Shown piece by piece: positions 27,101 to 39,033 of a DNA stretch of 64,000 nt. Numbering within the stretch: position 1 is the first letter of the stretch; each line of letters begins with the position of its first letter. The stretch covers positions 12,701,039 to 12,765,038 of the forward strand of contig CM119271.1 in NCBI GenBank assembly GCA_051294375.1, written 5' to 3'. Below the pieces are notes generated by a model, which saw nothing but the letters and a program-made list of their open reading frames with translations, was not told the origin of the DNA and ran no database searches. The DNA comes from Paraspadella gotoi. Its lineage: Eukaryota > Animalia > Chaetognatha. Made by a program: the position numbers and the translations under genes.

Positions 27101-30100
27101 CAACTCGATGTTTCCGTTTTGGAGTTCCGCCACGATCCAATCGGTAACGCCTTCTTCACTCTGTCAAATCAAAAGGGGCAAATGGAAATATTTAGTTTAT
27201 TATTTAGTTTATTATATTATTTACAAATTAGTTTCGTCCCCACCAGTCGTTTGACCGCTATAATTATGTCTCTGTAAGTAGTTTTCACGAAGTCGCTTCA
27301 ATTCGAATAAGAAAAGAGATTTCATTAGACTGTGACAAACAGCGAGTATCCAAACGGAATCACGCCTCCCAATAGCATAAGGAGACATCTTCAAAACGGT
27401 AAACATTACTCGCCTGCAACGCATGTATCGATCGCATCGCGGGACGACCTTCCATCGGAGACCACCCGAATTATCGCCCGCGACGACGGAGAATTTCCAC
27501 TCTCGATCTTCGTAGTCCCACAAGAAGGCCAACGAAGATGCTGGAAGCATATTCCCACGCTTCTCCACGTGACCCGCCTCGTGATCGCCCCTTCTTTAAG
27601 ATCCACTCAAGAGGTCGTCGTCCTCGACGAGGTAAAGAAGATTCCCGGCGACGTCGGCTTGCTTGTGCGCCAAGACGCGTTGGTGGGAGAATTCGCAAAG
27701 AAGGAAAGGTGAATACGACGAATCGCGTCGCGTCTGCGAACGACGGCGAAAAAGTCGGAAACGAGGAGCGAGTTTATAAAATTTCCGGTTTTCGGCGAGA
27801 GACTCGAAAAGGCCGGGACCGGGACGTCGGGGATGAGTTGGTTCCCAGCGTCCACGTCTCGCCATCCCAGGGACAAGCGACCGCGGCGCGCGCGTAATGG
27901 GAAATCCGAACGGACGATTTCCGCGGAGAAAAAACGAAACAGTGTGCGTGAAGGACGATGGCGCCCTCGCCGACGACGTCGTTGAGGTTGAACTCGTCTA
28001 TCAAAGTCGCGTTCTTCGAATAGAAAATTTTGACTGTGAAGCGAGACCTTACGTCGTTAGGATAGCAGACGGCGATGTCTCTCGTTCGAGGATCGAGTTT
28101 GAAGACGGTCGTCGTTTGAGAAAACTCAATTTCCGGTCTTTCCAAGAATATAAAAAATCGTTGAATCTCTTCTCCACCCAATTTCCTCCAATCTGTATTT
28201 TGGACTGGAGTTCATGGACGATCCGTCGCAGATTTCGGACATCTTCCTCCCGGCGCGGCAACCGGTGGCGGGAAGAGGGCGCGCAAGGTGTCGAGGGTCG
28301 CCGGAAACTCGCGTCTCAATTTGGGCGTGTTCGCGCTTGATGCCGGACCAAGGCCAACGTCGCGTCAAAGTTGGGAGGGAACTTCGTGCCCACGGCAGTT
28401 TGGAGATTTTCCAAGGAAGGAATGGAAAGAAGAAAAAATATTTGGCGGAGGGCGTCCGGGCGGCAAATCTTGCAGGGACATTTTTTTTATCTAAGAAATT
28501 AATAGCAACATATTTTTTTTAAAATGTATGAAAGAAATAAACGAACAATAAAAAAACATTAAACAACAAGTAATAGAGGTAATTTGGTTATAACTATCTC
28601 TATCTAATTTTGTTTCATCTCTAGAATTTAGAATTCCAGAACTTTATCCGCTTTGATTGAAAAAACTTTGCAACACACATTGGTGTCTAGAAAAAAAAAA
28701 GGTACAAGCTCTCTAATAATTGAAAGTTAATACGACGAAGATAAATAAAAGTAATTAAAATAGTGGAGGTGGTCGAGATAAAAATGGCGAACAAAATGAT
28801 CGATTGATTGAAATGAGAAAAGCGATTGGAATCGAATTGGCTCCAAGTGGCATTCATTTTTTTTAGAGAGAGAAAACTTTGGTTAAATTGGCAAACAAAA
28901 CAATACCAAAAAAAAAAAAGAATTCAAAATAATTTCTTATCGGGCAATGAATTTCTAAAGAATTCGTCTGGCGATTTTATTTTCTTTCTTAAATAATAAT
29001 ACTCAGGATCTCCACAAATATATATTGCTTGATATAACTAATATAACTAATAAACTGGAGTAAAACTAATAAATATAACAAATATATATAATAAATAATA
29101 TATACTAATATAATATCAGAACCGGTAACAACGAAATCTAGTATAAGAAAGACGCGTTCATTTGAGTAAAAGAAGTCTACGAAATGTAAAGTTCTTCTCA
29201 GTGAATATAATGATAACAAGTTCAAAATCATAAACGAATGCCTTCAGTATATCATCATCCATGTCCATTCCAAATCCAAGCGTTGGAGAATTTTCCCGGT
29301 GGACACCTCGAAGATTCGAGGAACCTTGTCATTCCATCATCTACCCTATACGTAACGAGAATCCATTCGTGGTAGCCACTACCCACCATTCTGCAAAAAA
29401 AACAAACCAATTCTCCATTTTATCTTAATAAAGCTGAATCACGAGTTCGTTTTAGTTTTTAAATTCTGCCTGCAGGACAATAAGCTTGCTAAATGACTTT
29501 TTTACTAGTTATGGCGATTCAGAAGGATACAGGGAGGATACAGGAAGGATACAGAGAGGATACAGGAAGGATACAGGAAAGGATACAGGAGGATACAGGG
29601 AGGATACAGGGAGGATAAGGATATGATACAGGGATGATACAGGGTGCTTAATACACGACGCCGCTTAGCTTCATTTCTGCCCTAAACTTTTGCGGGGTGA
29701 GCCCTCAACTCCCACGAGCCGCTCTCTTCTCTCTCTCTCTCTCTTCTCTCCCCCCTCTCTCTCTCTCTCTTATCGTCCCTTTCTCCTTCCCTTATTAATT
29801 CACTCTCCAGCACAGAGTAATAAAAACAAACGTTCATTACTTACGCGATACATCACACACAAAAGACAAGGCAACCACAAGTTCCACTCGTTCGAACCAT
29901 CGAATCCTGGTCTCCGTCGACGTTCTCCACAACAATATTTCCGATGGTAACAAAACAAATAGGGCCACTGAGTCGCATACTGTGATTCCCAAGTCATCGC
30001 TCCATAGTGCTCACTTATACTCTATGGTGGTGGGTCTCGAAGTTTCATTGGGAACCTTCCAAATGAAACTTCATACTGTCTGAGAAAACTTTCAATGGAC

Positions 30101-31325
30101 CAAAATTTCTAAAATGGCGAGAAGCTCTAGTAATTAATTTTTTAATATTTATTTATAGATAGAAATGTCCAATTTTTTTTTTAGATTCAGATAGCTTATG
30201 AAAGTGTTCTACACAAGTATAATTCTTTTTTCAATATTTTGATGATAAATGGGTCAAAATTGGAAAAACCTATAAAAAATCATCCTCATCATCATCATCC
30301 AATATTTTAACATTTTTTTTTTATTTTTCAGTATAAAACATCAAAATTTCTAAAAAAGTTGTCATTACATTTTTTTGCCTAACTTTGTGAGCTCTATCAG
30401 AATCAATTAAAAAAAAAATATCCTAAAAATTTTTTTTACATTATATAGCAATATAATAATTTTAATTAAAATCCATATGGATCGGAAAATTTTTGCCAAA
30501 AAAAAATATTTTAACACAATAACCAATACCAATAATGGATTCGTTTAATGCTGTGGCACATTAAAATGTAAATTTGGTCGGCTACGCTACCTTAAGACGT
30601 TCCTCCGCGTAAATCCCAGACGACGACGTCTTTCCCTTCGATGACGTAGAGCGCCGCCCCCGACAACTCACCGGTCGTCGACCATATAGTGTATTCGGCG
30701 CTAAAGCGACTTCGCAGTGTGTAGAATTCCCTATGTATGTTCAACATACTCTGTAAGTTATCTCGCTCTCTCGTTTGGTCGGCTGTGCTTTCTTCCTCTT
30801 TCGTTTTACTCTCGGTTCTGTTATCCTCGATATTTCTCGGTGGTGTACCACATGTCTTTTCCATCTCTTTTGGCATTTCCCTTATGTTTTCCTCGCTTTT
30901 GTGCGTTTTTCCCTTTTTTTCCGAGTTTATTTTCCCCTGTTTGTTTCCTGTGTTGGTTCGACCGAGTGACCCTGCGTGTGTATTCGGTGCCGCCAGGTCT
31001 GTGCCTTTCCTTTTGCCCCTTCTTTTCGATAAGTCCACTTCTCGCTACAACAAAGCTCTTCGGGTGGTCTTGGTTGTCCCGATCGAAGTCTTTCCCAAAT
31101 TCTCAGAGTATTAGCCAGCACGAATCGAACGCTTTTCACGAGAACGAGGCTTCGTCTTTTTTATCACCATCGTCGTTTCGTATGTTTTTCTCGATCTTCC
31201 ACTGGACATCCGATTGGCTCTTTTTTTCACGAACGTCCTCGACGGTTTCGATCCCCTTTTTTTCTTGGAATTACCACCTGAGATTTATGCGAGAGGACGC
31301 TATAGAACAAAAATCTTCGTGTTCC
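24103..31325. repeat. Error-rich duplicate of 31326-38320 (F-box B', C', partial D' and TRIM copy); probable assembly artefact
   Basis: Colinear and near-identical, differing mainly by 1-nt indels; 30690-31325 is an insertion-riddled version of 37940-38320. Confidence 0.85.
25083..25815 (+). mobile_element. TRIM with tRNA-like LTRs, duplicate copy
   Basis: LTRs 25083-25339 and 25559-25815, ATAC TSD, same flanks as 32295-33023. Confidence 0.85.
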
Positions 31326-31427
31326 TAACTAGTAAGAAGACCCATAGCATAGACATTAAAAGAAATGGCATGATAAAATCCCTTTTGCAGGATTTGACTC
31401 TTATATAGACAAACCCATCAAACTCGC

Positions 31428-33706
31428 CTGCATCGACGGAACCGGACCGGCGGTTCGTCCCTTTCCAGTTTTTTCCACTCGACAACTTCCGCCGGCCCAT
31501 TAGCAATGCAAGAGAACTCGTCTTCCTTGTTCCACAAATACGGCCAATTGAAAAATCCCGCCGCGACGCCCTCGCTCCTCCACGTGACGCGTCGCGTTAT
31601 CGTCCGCTCTTTGAGATCAAAGACGACCACGTCTTTGTCCTCGACGAGGTAAAGAAGATTCTCGAACAAATCCGCGTTGTTGTTATCCATATCTTTTCGA
31701 TAGCGAAATTCGAGGGAAGGAAATGAGAAGACGCGAATTCTAGTTCGATCGCGGACGACGACGTAATCCTCGGAAACGAGAAGAGGGTTGGGGATGGAGG
31801 GACTCTTCAACGAGAATGCCCCGTCGAGAATGACTTCACGTTCGTTACTCGACTCGGAGACGACGTCTCGACAGCAGAGCGCCATGCGGAGATTGATTTT
31901 GTGCTTGAGCCAAAGGAAACGACGACCGCGAAAGGCGAAGGCACTCAAGAACATCAAAACTTGAAGGTCGAAGGAGTGGAGTAAAGCGGCGTCTTGGGAA
32001 GAATAAATTCTCACTTGGCTGAGGACCCGGTGGAAAGGATAGTAGACGGCGATGTCGAGAGAGAGGGGGTCCATTTTGAAGACGCACTTGTCTGAGGGGT
32101 AAAGATTGGAAAAATGTTTAAATGAATAGGATTTTTTTTTTTAATTAAGAAAGGTATTCTTTGTGAAGTACGACTTAAAGCCGACTCACGACTCAATGGC
32201 AAAGAAGGTTTAGTCATCTCGTCACGACCGTGAAGTGGCATTGCTCATGATTTGGGGATATCTTACAAGTTTATATTTTAACCAATAGCCATACTGTCGG
32301 CAGCAAAGACTTAAAGCTGCCTCACTGCTGTCCGTCCTCAGCCTCGTCTCAATGGCTGAGCAGGCTAAATCATCTCATTCCATCCGTGCGTCCCGGGTTC
32401 AATCCCTGGGTATCCCGGTTCTGCTTAAATGTGACGGTGCCGGTATAAACATGCCAGTGACAGGAGGCGGTCACTGAGGGTCCGCCAGCCCCTACGCCAG
32501 TTGGTGAGATACCCCGCGCCCGGGTATCGCAGGCTATCCTCCCGTTGCCATAAGTGGTGAGCCCTACTCTCGAACATGCAACCGCTGCGCACCATGCGCC
32601 CATGCTTACGTCGCTTAGGGTATGCATATCACGCCTATGCCCTACTTCTCTGGTAACGCTCCAGACTCGCTCGCCCACTCGCTCTCACTATGGCAATGAG
32701 ATCAAAACCTTCTCTCAGACATCTCCTCAGGATTGAGGCCCCTGTGGAGAAGTCTGGTGGGGGGATCCTGTGGCAGCAAGACTTAAAGCTGCCTCACTGC
32801 TGTCCGTCCTCAGCCTCGTTTCAATGGCTGAGCAGGCTAAATCATCTATTTCATCCGTGCGTCCCGGGTTCAATCCCTGGGTATCCCGGTCTTGGCTTAA
32901 ATGTGACGGTGCCGGTATAAACATGCCAGTGACAGGAGGCGGTCACTGAGGTCCGCAGCCCCTACGCCAGTTGGTGAGATACCCCGCGCCCCGGGTATCA
33001 CAGGCTATCCTCCCGTTGCCATAATACAAACATTTAACCAGAATTAGGATACACACGGTTGAGACCGTCAATGCGAAGCAGTTCCAAGTCTTACCGCCTC
33101 AAAGCAGGTCTTACGCTTTACTATTTTACACAGATTTTTTATCAAATCTTTCAATTTTTCACTTAACCTAAAATCTGCTTGAAAAAGGCATTTAGACTTT
33201 TTGCGACACATTTTTTTATAAATTACACGTTGACTTTTCCCTCTTGGTCAAACATTGAATACAATTTTTTTCGCCTCCCGCATTTCCAGCCCTTTCAACT
33301 ATTTTTCTAAATCATTTTTTTTTTGGTAGCCAAACTCGAGCCCCTTACATTTCTCGTCGCCAGACGGAGGCTTTTCGGCGACGAAGAAGTCGTGGAATCG
33401 TTTCTCCTTCGGCTTCCCATCTCTGACTTTGGCCCTGAGGCAAAGCGCCATCTTGCGAAGGCCGACCGAGTCGTCGTGGGACCGCAATTTGTTCGGAAAG
33501 AGACGAAGGACCGTGTCGACGGAGACAGGGAAATCCCGTCTGACCGCGGGACAGTCGCCTTTGATTTTCTCTACCAAAGTTAATGTTTTGGAAAAGTGGG
33601 AAGAGACGTCGGGATCGACGGCATTTCGAACATTTTCAAGATTCGACGGAGAGAGATGGAAAAATATTTTTTCCAAAATGATCGTGGGCAAATCTGAAAG
33701 AGACAT
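31428..33706 (-). CDS. F-box protein paralog B (exons 33706-33349, 32091-31428; last exon at 21909-22400 in this assembly)
   Basis: MSLSDLPTIILEKIFFHLSPSNL; splice T|AC AAG TGC gives YKCVFKMDPLSLD in frame; LYLVEDKDVVVFDL, FNWPYLW; exon 2 ends at a GC donor. Confidence 0.8.
32295..33023 (+). mobile_element. Non-autonomous miniature LTR retrotransposon (TRIM) with tRNA-derived Pol III module in each LTR
   Basis: LTRs 32295-32552 and 32769-33023 (TGTGGCAGC...GTTGCCATA); PBS TGGTGAGCCC at 32555; G-rich PPT before 32769; 4-bp TSD ATAC (32291-94, 33024-27); A box TGGCTGAGCAGG and B box GGTTCAATCCC. Confidence 0.9.
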
Positions 33707-34136
33707 TTTTTCCCCCTGTAAAAATAGAAGAATGAGAATATTGAACAGAGTGAATATCTTTCAATATGGACGATACCATTCTGAATAGTAAGTCAGTCAA
33801 CTGGCACAAGGGGAATAAAAAAGGACATGCTAAGTAAAGAAATAGCACCCTGTCAATTATTAAGGCAACGAGAGAAAATCACAGTAATGAACTTTGTATA
33901 TAGGTATTCTGGCTTTTAATGCATTATGCAATTGCCATATATCTACTGTAAAATTGTAAATTGCCAAATGAAAGCAAAAAAATAAAAATAAAATAGAATC
34001 GAATAGAAAAATTAAAAAATTAAGTTTTTTTTTTTTAAAAAAGGTACATAATGATTCAACCGAAAAAATGATTCAATATTAAAACGGTATATAATGTATA
34101 ACAGCACAAGAGTATAATAAATCACACGAGATCAAA

Positions 34137-35727
34137 TCACGAAAAGAGCATTTCTTCGCTGATGCTAAAAGATCGCAGGCAAAATCTACGGTTGTGACGG
34201 TCGGACAAAATGAAATAAACATGAAAATCATGGACAAATGTCCGATAAATGGACTGGTCACTTCCCAATTCGAGGTCAAAATGTGCTAGGATGTCCCCAG
34301 ATGAAGAATGAACCAACTCGATGTTTCCGTTTTGGAGTTCGGCCACGATCCAATCGGTAACGCCTTTACTCACTCTGTCAAATCAAAAGGGGCAAATAGG
34401 AAATATTTAGTTTATTATTTAGTTTATTATATTATTTACAAATTAGTTTCGTCCCCCCCAGTCGTTGACCGAGCATCTACAATTCTACGTTCTACTGTCT
34501 CTACATCTAGTATTGGTAGTTTCACGAAGTCGCTCAAAACTTCAATGTTCTCGAATAAGAAAAGAGATTTCATTAGACTGTGACAAACAGCGAGTACTCC
34601 AAACGGAATCACGCTTCCCAATAGCATAAGAGACACATCTCAAAACGGATAAACATTACTCGCCTGCAACGCATGTATCGATCGCATCGCGGGACGACCT
34701 TCCATCGGAGACCACCCGAATTATCGCCGTGGACGACGGAGAATTTCCACTCTCGATCTTCGTAGTCCCACAAAGAAGGCCAACGAAGATGCTGGAAGCA
34801 TATTCCCACGCTTCTCCACGTGACCCGCCTCGTGATCGCCCCTTCTTTAAGATCCCACTCAATGAGGTCGTCGTCCTCGACGAGGTAAAGAAGATTCCCG
34901 GCGACGTCGGCTTGCTTGTGCGCCAAGACGCGTTGGTGGGAGAATCGCAAAGAAGGAAAGGTGAATACGACGAATCGCGTCGCGTCGCGAACGACGGCGA
35001 AAAAGTCGGAAACGAGGAGCGAGTTTATAAATTTCCGGTTTTCGGCGAGAGACTCGAAAAGGCCGGGGACCGGGACGTCGGGGATGAGTTGGTTCCCAGC
35101 GTCCACGTCTCGCCATCCCAGGGACAAGCGACCGGGCGCGCGCGTAATGGGAAATCCGAACGGACGATTTCCGCGGAGAAAAACGAAACAGTGTGCGTGA
35201 AGGACGATGGCGCCCTCGCCGACGACGTCGTTGAGGTTGAACTCGTCTATCAAAGTCGCGTTCTTCGAATAGAAAATTTTGACTGTGAAGCGAGACCTTA
35301 CGTCGTTAGGATAGCAGACGGCGATGTCTCTCGTTCGAGGATCGAGTTTGAAGACGGTCGTCGTTTGAGAAAACTCAATTTCCGGTCTTTCCAAGAATAA
35401 AAAATCGTTGAATCTCTTCTCCACCCAATTTCCTCCAATCTGTATTTTGGACTGGAGTTCATGGACGATCCGTCGCAGATTTCGGACATCTTCCTCCCGG
35501 CGCGGCAACCGGTGCGGGAAGAGGCGCCGCAAGGTGTCGAGGGTCGCCGGAAACTCGCGTCTCAATTTGGCGTGTTCGCGCTTGATGCCGGACACGAAGG
35601 CCAACGTCGCGTCAAAGTTGGGAGGGAACTTCGTGCCCACGGCAGTTTGGAGATTTTCCAAGGAAGGAATGGAAAGAAGAAAAAATATTTGGCGGAGGGC
35701 GTCCGGCGGCAAATCTTGCAGGGACAT
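34137..35727 (-). CDS. F-box protein paralog C (exons 35727-34664, 34374-34137)
   Basis: MSLQDLPPDALRQIFFLLSIPSL; LYLVEDDDLIEWDL, LRWPSLW; GC-AG phase-2 intron joins in frame to VSKGVTDWIV...EEMLFS*. Confidence 0.85.
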
Positions 35728-36404
35728 TTTTTTTATCTAAGAAATTAATAGCAACATATTTTTTTTAAAATGTATGAAAGATAATAACGAACAATAAAAA
35801 AACATTAAACAACAAGTAATAGAGGTAATTTGGTTATAACTATCTCTATCTAATTTTGTTTCATCTCTAGAATTTAGAATTCCAGAACTTTATCCGCTTT
35901 GATTGAAAAAACTTTGCAAACACATTGGTGTCTAGAAAAAAAAAAGGTACAAGCTCTCTAATAATGAAAGTTAATACGACGAAGATAAATAAAAGTAATT
36001 AAAATAGTGGAGGTGGTCGAGATAAAAATGGCGAACAAAATGATCGATTGATTGAAATGAGAAAAGCGATTGGAATCGAATTGGCTCCAAAGTGGCATTC
36101 ATTTTTTATAGAGAGAGAAACTTTGGTTAAATTGGCAAACAAAACAATACCAAAAAAAAAAAAGAATTCAAAATAATTTCTTATCGGGCAATGGAATTTC
36201 TAAAGAATTCGTCTGGCGATTTTATTTTCTTTCTTAAATAATAATACTCAGGATCTCCACTAAATATATATTGCTTGATATAACTAATATAACTAATAAA
36301 CTGGAGTAAAACTAATAAATATAACAAATATATATAATAAATAATATATACTAATAAATATCAGAACCGGTAACAACGAAATCTTAGTATAAGAAAGACG
36401 CGTT

Positions 36405-36951
36405 TCATTTGAGTAAAAAAGAGAGTCTACGAAATGTAAAGTTCTTCTCAGTGAATATAATGATAACAAGTTCAAAATCATAAACGAATGCCTTCAGTAT
36501 ATCATCATCCATGTCCATTCCAAGATCCAAGCGTTGGAGAATTTTCCCGGTGGACACCTCGAAGATTTCGAGGAACCTTGTCATTCCATCATCTACCCTA
36601 TACGTAACGAGAATCCATTCGTGGTAGCCACTACCCACCATTCTGCAAAAAAAAACAAACCAATTCTCCATTTTATCTTAATAAAGCTGAATCACGAGTT
36701 CGTTTTAGTTTTTAAATTCTGCCTGCAGGACAATAACGCTTGCTAAATGACTTTTTTACTAGTATGGCGATTCAGGAAGGATACAGGGAGGATACAGGAA
36801 GGATACAGGAAGGATACAGGGAGGATACAGGGAGGATACAGGGAGGATACAGGAATGATACAGGGATGATACAGGGTGCTTAATACACGACGCCGCTTAG
36901 CTTCATTTCTGCCCTAAACTTTTGCGTGGGTGGAGCTCAACTCCCACGAGC

Positions 36952-36991
<40 letters not shown>

Positions 36992-38697
36992 AATCGTCCC
37001 TTTTCTCCTTCCCCTTATTAATATTCGACTGCAGCAGGCAGAGTAATAAAAACAAACGTTCATTACTTACGCGTAATTCACACGACGAAAAGGACAAGGC
37101 AACCACAAGTTCCACTCGTTCGAATCCATCGAATCCTGGTCTCCGTCGACGTGTCTCCACAACAATATTTCCGATTGGTAACAAAACAAATAGGGCCACT
37201 TGAGTCGCATACTGTGAATTCCATTCTCCGTCCAAGTCATTCGCCTTAAGTAGGGCCAAACTTTGTCAATGGGGTGGGTCAGAAGTTTCATTTGGGAACC
37301 TTCCCAAATGAAACTTCATACATGTCTGAGAAAACTTTCAATGGACCAAAATTTTCTAAAATGGCGAGAAGCTCTAGTAATTAATTTTTTAATATTTATT
37401 TATAGATAGGAAATGTCAATTTTTTTTTTAGATTCAGATAGCTTATGAAAAGTTGTCTACACAAAGTATAATTCTTTTTTCAATATTTTGATGATAAATG
37501 GGTCAAAATTGGGAAAAACCTAAAAAAATCATCCTCATCATCATCATCCAATAATTTTAACAGTTTTTTTTATTTTTCAGTAATAAAACATCAAAATTCT
37601 AAAAAGTTGTCATTACATTTTTTTGCCTAACTTTGTGAGCTCTATCAGAATCAATTAAAAAAAAAAAATATCCTAAAAATTTTTTTACATTATATAGCAA
37701 TATAATAATTTTAATTAACGAATTACTCAATGGATCGGAAAATTTTTGCCAAAAAAAAATATTTTAACACAATAACCAATACCAATAATGGATTCGTTTA
37801 ATGCTGTGCACATTAAAATGTAAATTTGGTCGGCTACCGCTACCTTAAGACGTTCCTCCCGCGTAAATCCCAGACGACGACGTCTTTCCCTTCGATGACG
37901 TAGAGCCGCCCGCCGACAAGCTCAGCGCCGGTCGTCGACCAAGATTCGGAATAAGCGAATCGCAGAGAAGGAAAGTCAAAGACGAAGATGGTCGAGGCGT
38001 CTCGTACGACGGCGTAATCGTCGGAAAGTTCAATCATGTTTTGCAAGTTGGAGCGGTAACCGTGGACGGGGACCGAGGTGACGGACGGCGGGGCCGCGGC
38101 CTCGAAGTCCACTTCTCGTAAACAAAGCCTCGGGGTCTTGGCTGCGATCGAGTCTTCCCAATAATCAGAGAGCCAGACGAATCGACGGTCACGAGAAGAG
38201 GCGGAAACCACGTCGTCGAGTCGATCCACTTGGAACCGATTGGACGAACCGTCGACGGCGTGGAATTCCACTTGAGATTTATTGCGGAGGACGGTATAGA
38301 CAAAAATCACGTCTAATGAAAGAGGGTCAACGAAGAGACAATAAACGGTTTCAGTAGGGGGCGGGGGAATGTTCACCTTCATTACGCTCGTCTTTCTCTC
38401 CACGTGTCCGTGGATGATCTTAGACTTGAGACGATCCACCATCTTGGACAGATTCTCCGCGTCTTCCGGAAATCGCAATTTCTCGGGAAAACGACGACGG
38501 ACGAAGTCGACGGCCGAAGGATGAGTCCATTTCAACTTTAAGTAGTTGACCCGATTTTTTAAAACAAATTCCAACGTTTGGGAAAAGCGGGCGGGGATTT
38601 CCGATCCCGCGGCCTCTTTTAAAACTTCCAGAGTCGACGGGGAAAGAAGGAAAAAGATTTTTTCCAAGATTTCCGGCGGTAAATCTTGAAGAGACAT
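36405..38697 (-). CDS. F-box protein paralog D (exons 38697-37844, 37244-37071, 36642-36405)
   Basis: MSLQDLPPEILEKIFFLLSPSTL; ...VVVWDLRGRNVLR|RMTWTENG...LKWPYLF...; last exon MVGSGYHEW...SFLLK*; all junctions in frame. Confidence 0.85.
36775..36876. repeat. 10-bp minisatellite (GGATACAGG(G/A))n, ~10 copies; duplicate at ~29524-29645
   Basis: Direct inspection; lies in the last intron of F-box D. Confidence 0.9.
37250..37844. mobile_element. 595-bp TTAA-flanked insertion forming F-box D intron 1 (Introner-like)
   Basis: TTAA at 37246-49 and 37845-48; imperfect TIRs GTAGGGCCAAACTTT / GGTAGCGGTAGCCGACCAAATTT (rc); intron 37245-37843 = element + 4 nt. Confidence 0.75.
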
Positions 38698-39033
38698 TTT
38701 TTTTGGGGGGGGGTATATCTGTCGAGAGAAAAAAAGTTTTTCAATTGATACGAAAAATAATAATTGACATCGAAGAGGTAGATATGGTTATTGGATGATA
38801 ATTCTGGTAATTGTGTACTAGAATTAAATTAGATTAGAATAATTATGGTTTTTTTTGTACGATTATTTAATTTTCGTTGACAAAGTAAAAAAAAAATATG
38901 ACTAATATTTTATTGACAACACTTAAGTCAATATGTTTTTAAAAAAAAACGAAAAAAACAAGAAAAAAAAACAGATTAAGCTAATAATTTAACAACTAAC
39001 TGCCCATAAAACATGATTACAAGAAAGACGCTT

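Noticed and set aside
24103-31325. 7-kb segmental duplication doubling F-box B, C, D and the TRIM
   Set aside because: Differences are mainly 1-nt indels that worsen toward the ends, and the region follows a 25-N gap. This is typical of overfilled long-read gap closure, so it is not counted as real paralogs; read depth would decide.
30690-31325. Apparently novel insert with ORFs 30592-31038 and 30717-31328
   Set aside because: Aligns by eye to 37940-38320 with many inserted bases; it is a noisy read of F-box D.
32295-33023. Functional tRNA genes or a hammerhead retrozyme in the LTRs
   Set aside because: Acceptor and anticodon stems do not pair, so these are not tRNA genes; no CUGANGA...GAAA hammerhead core was found.
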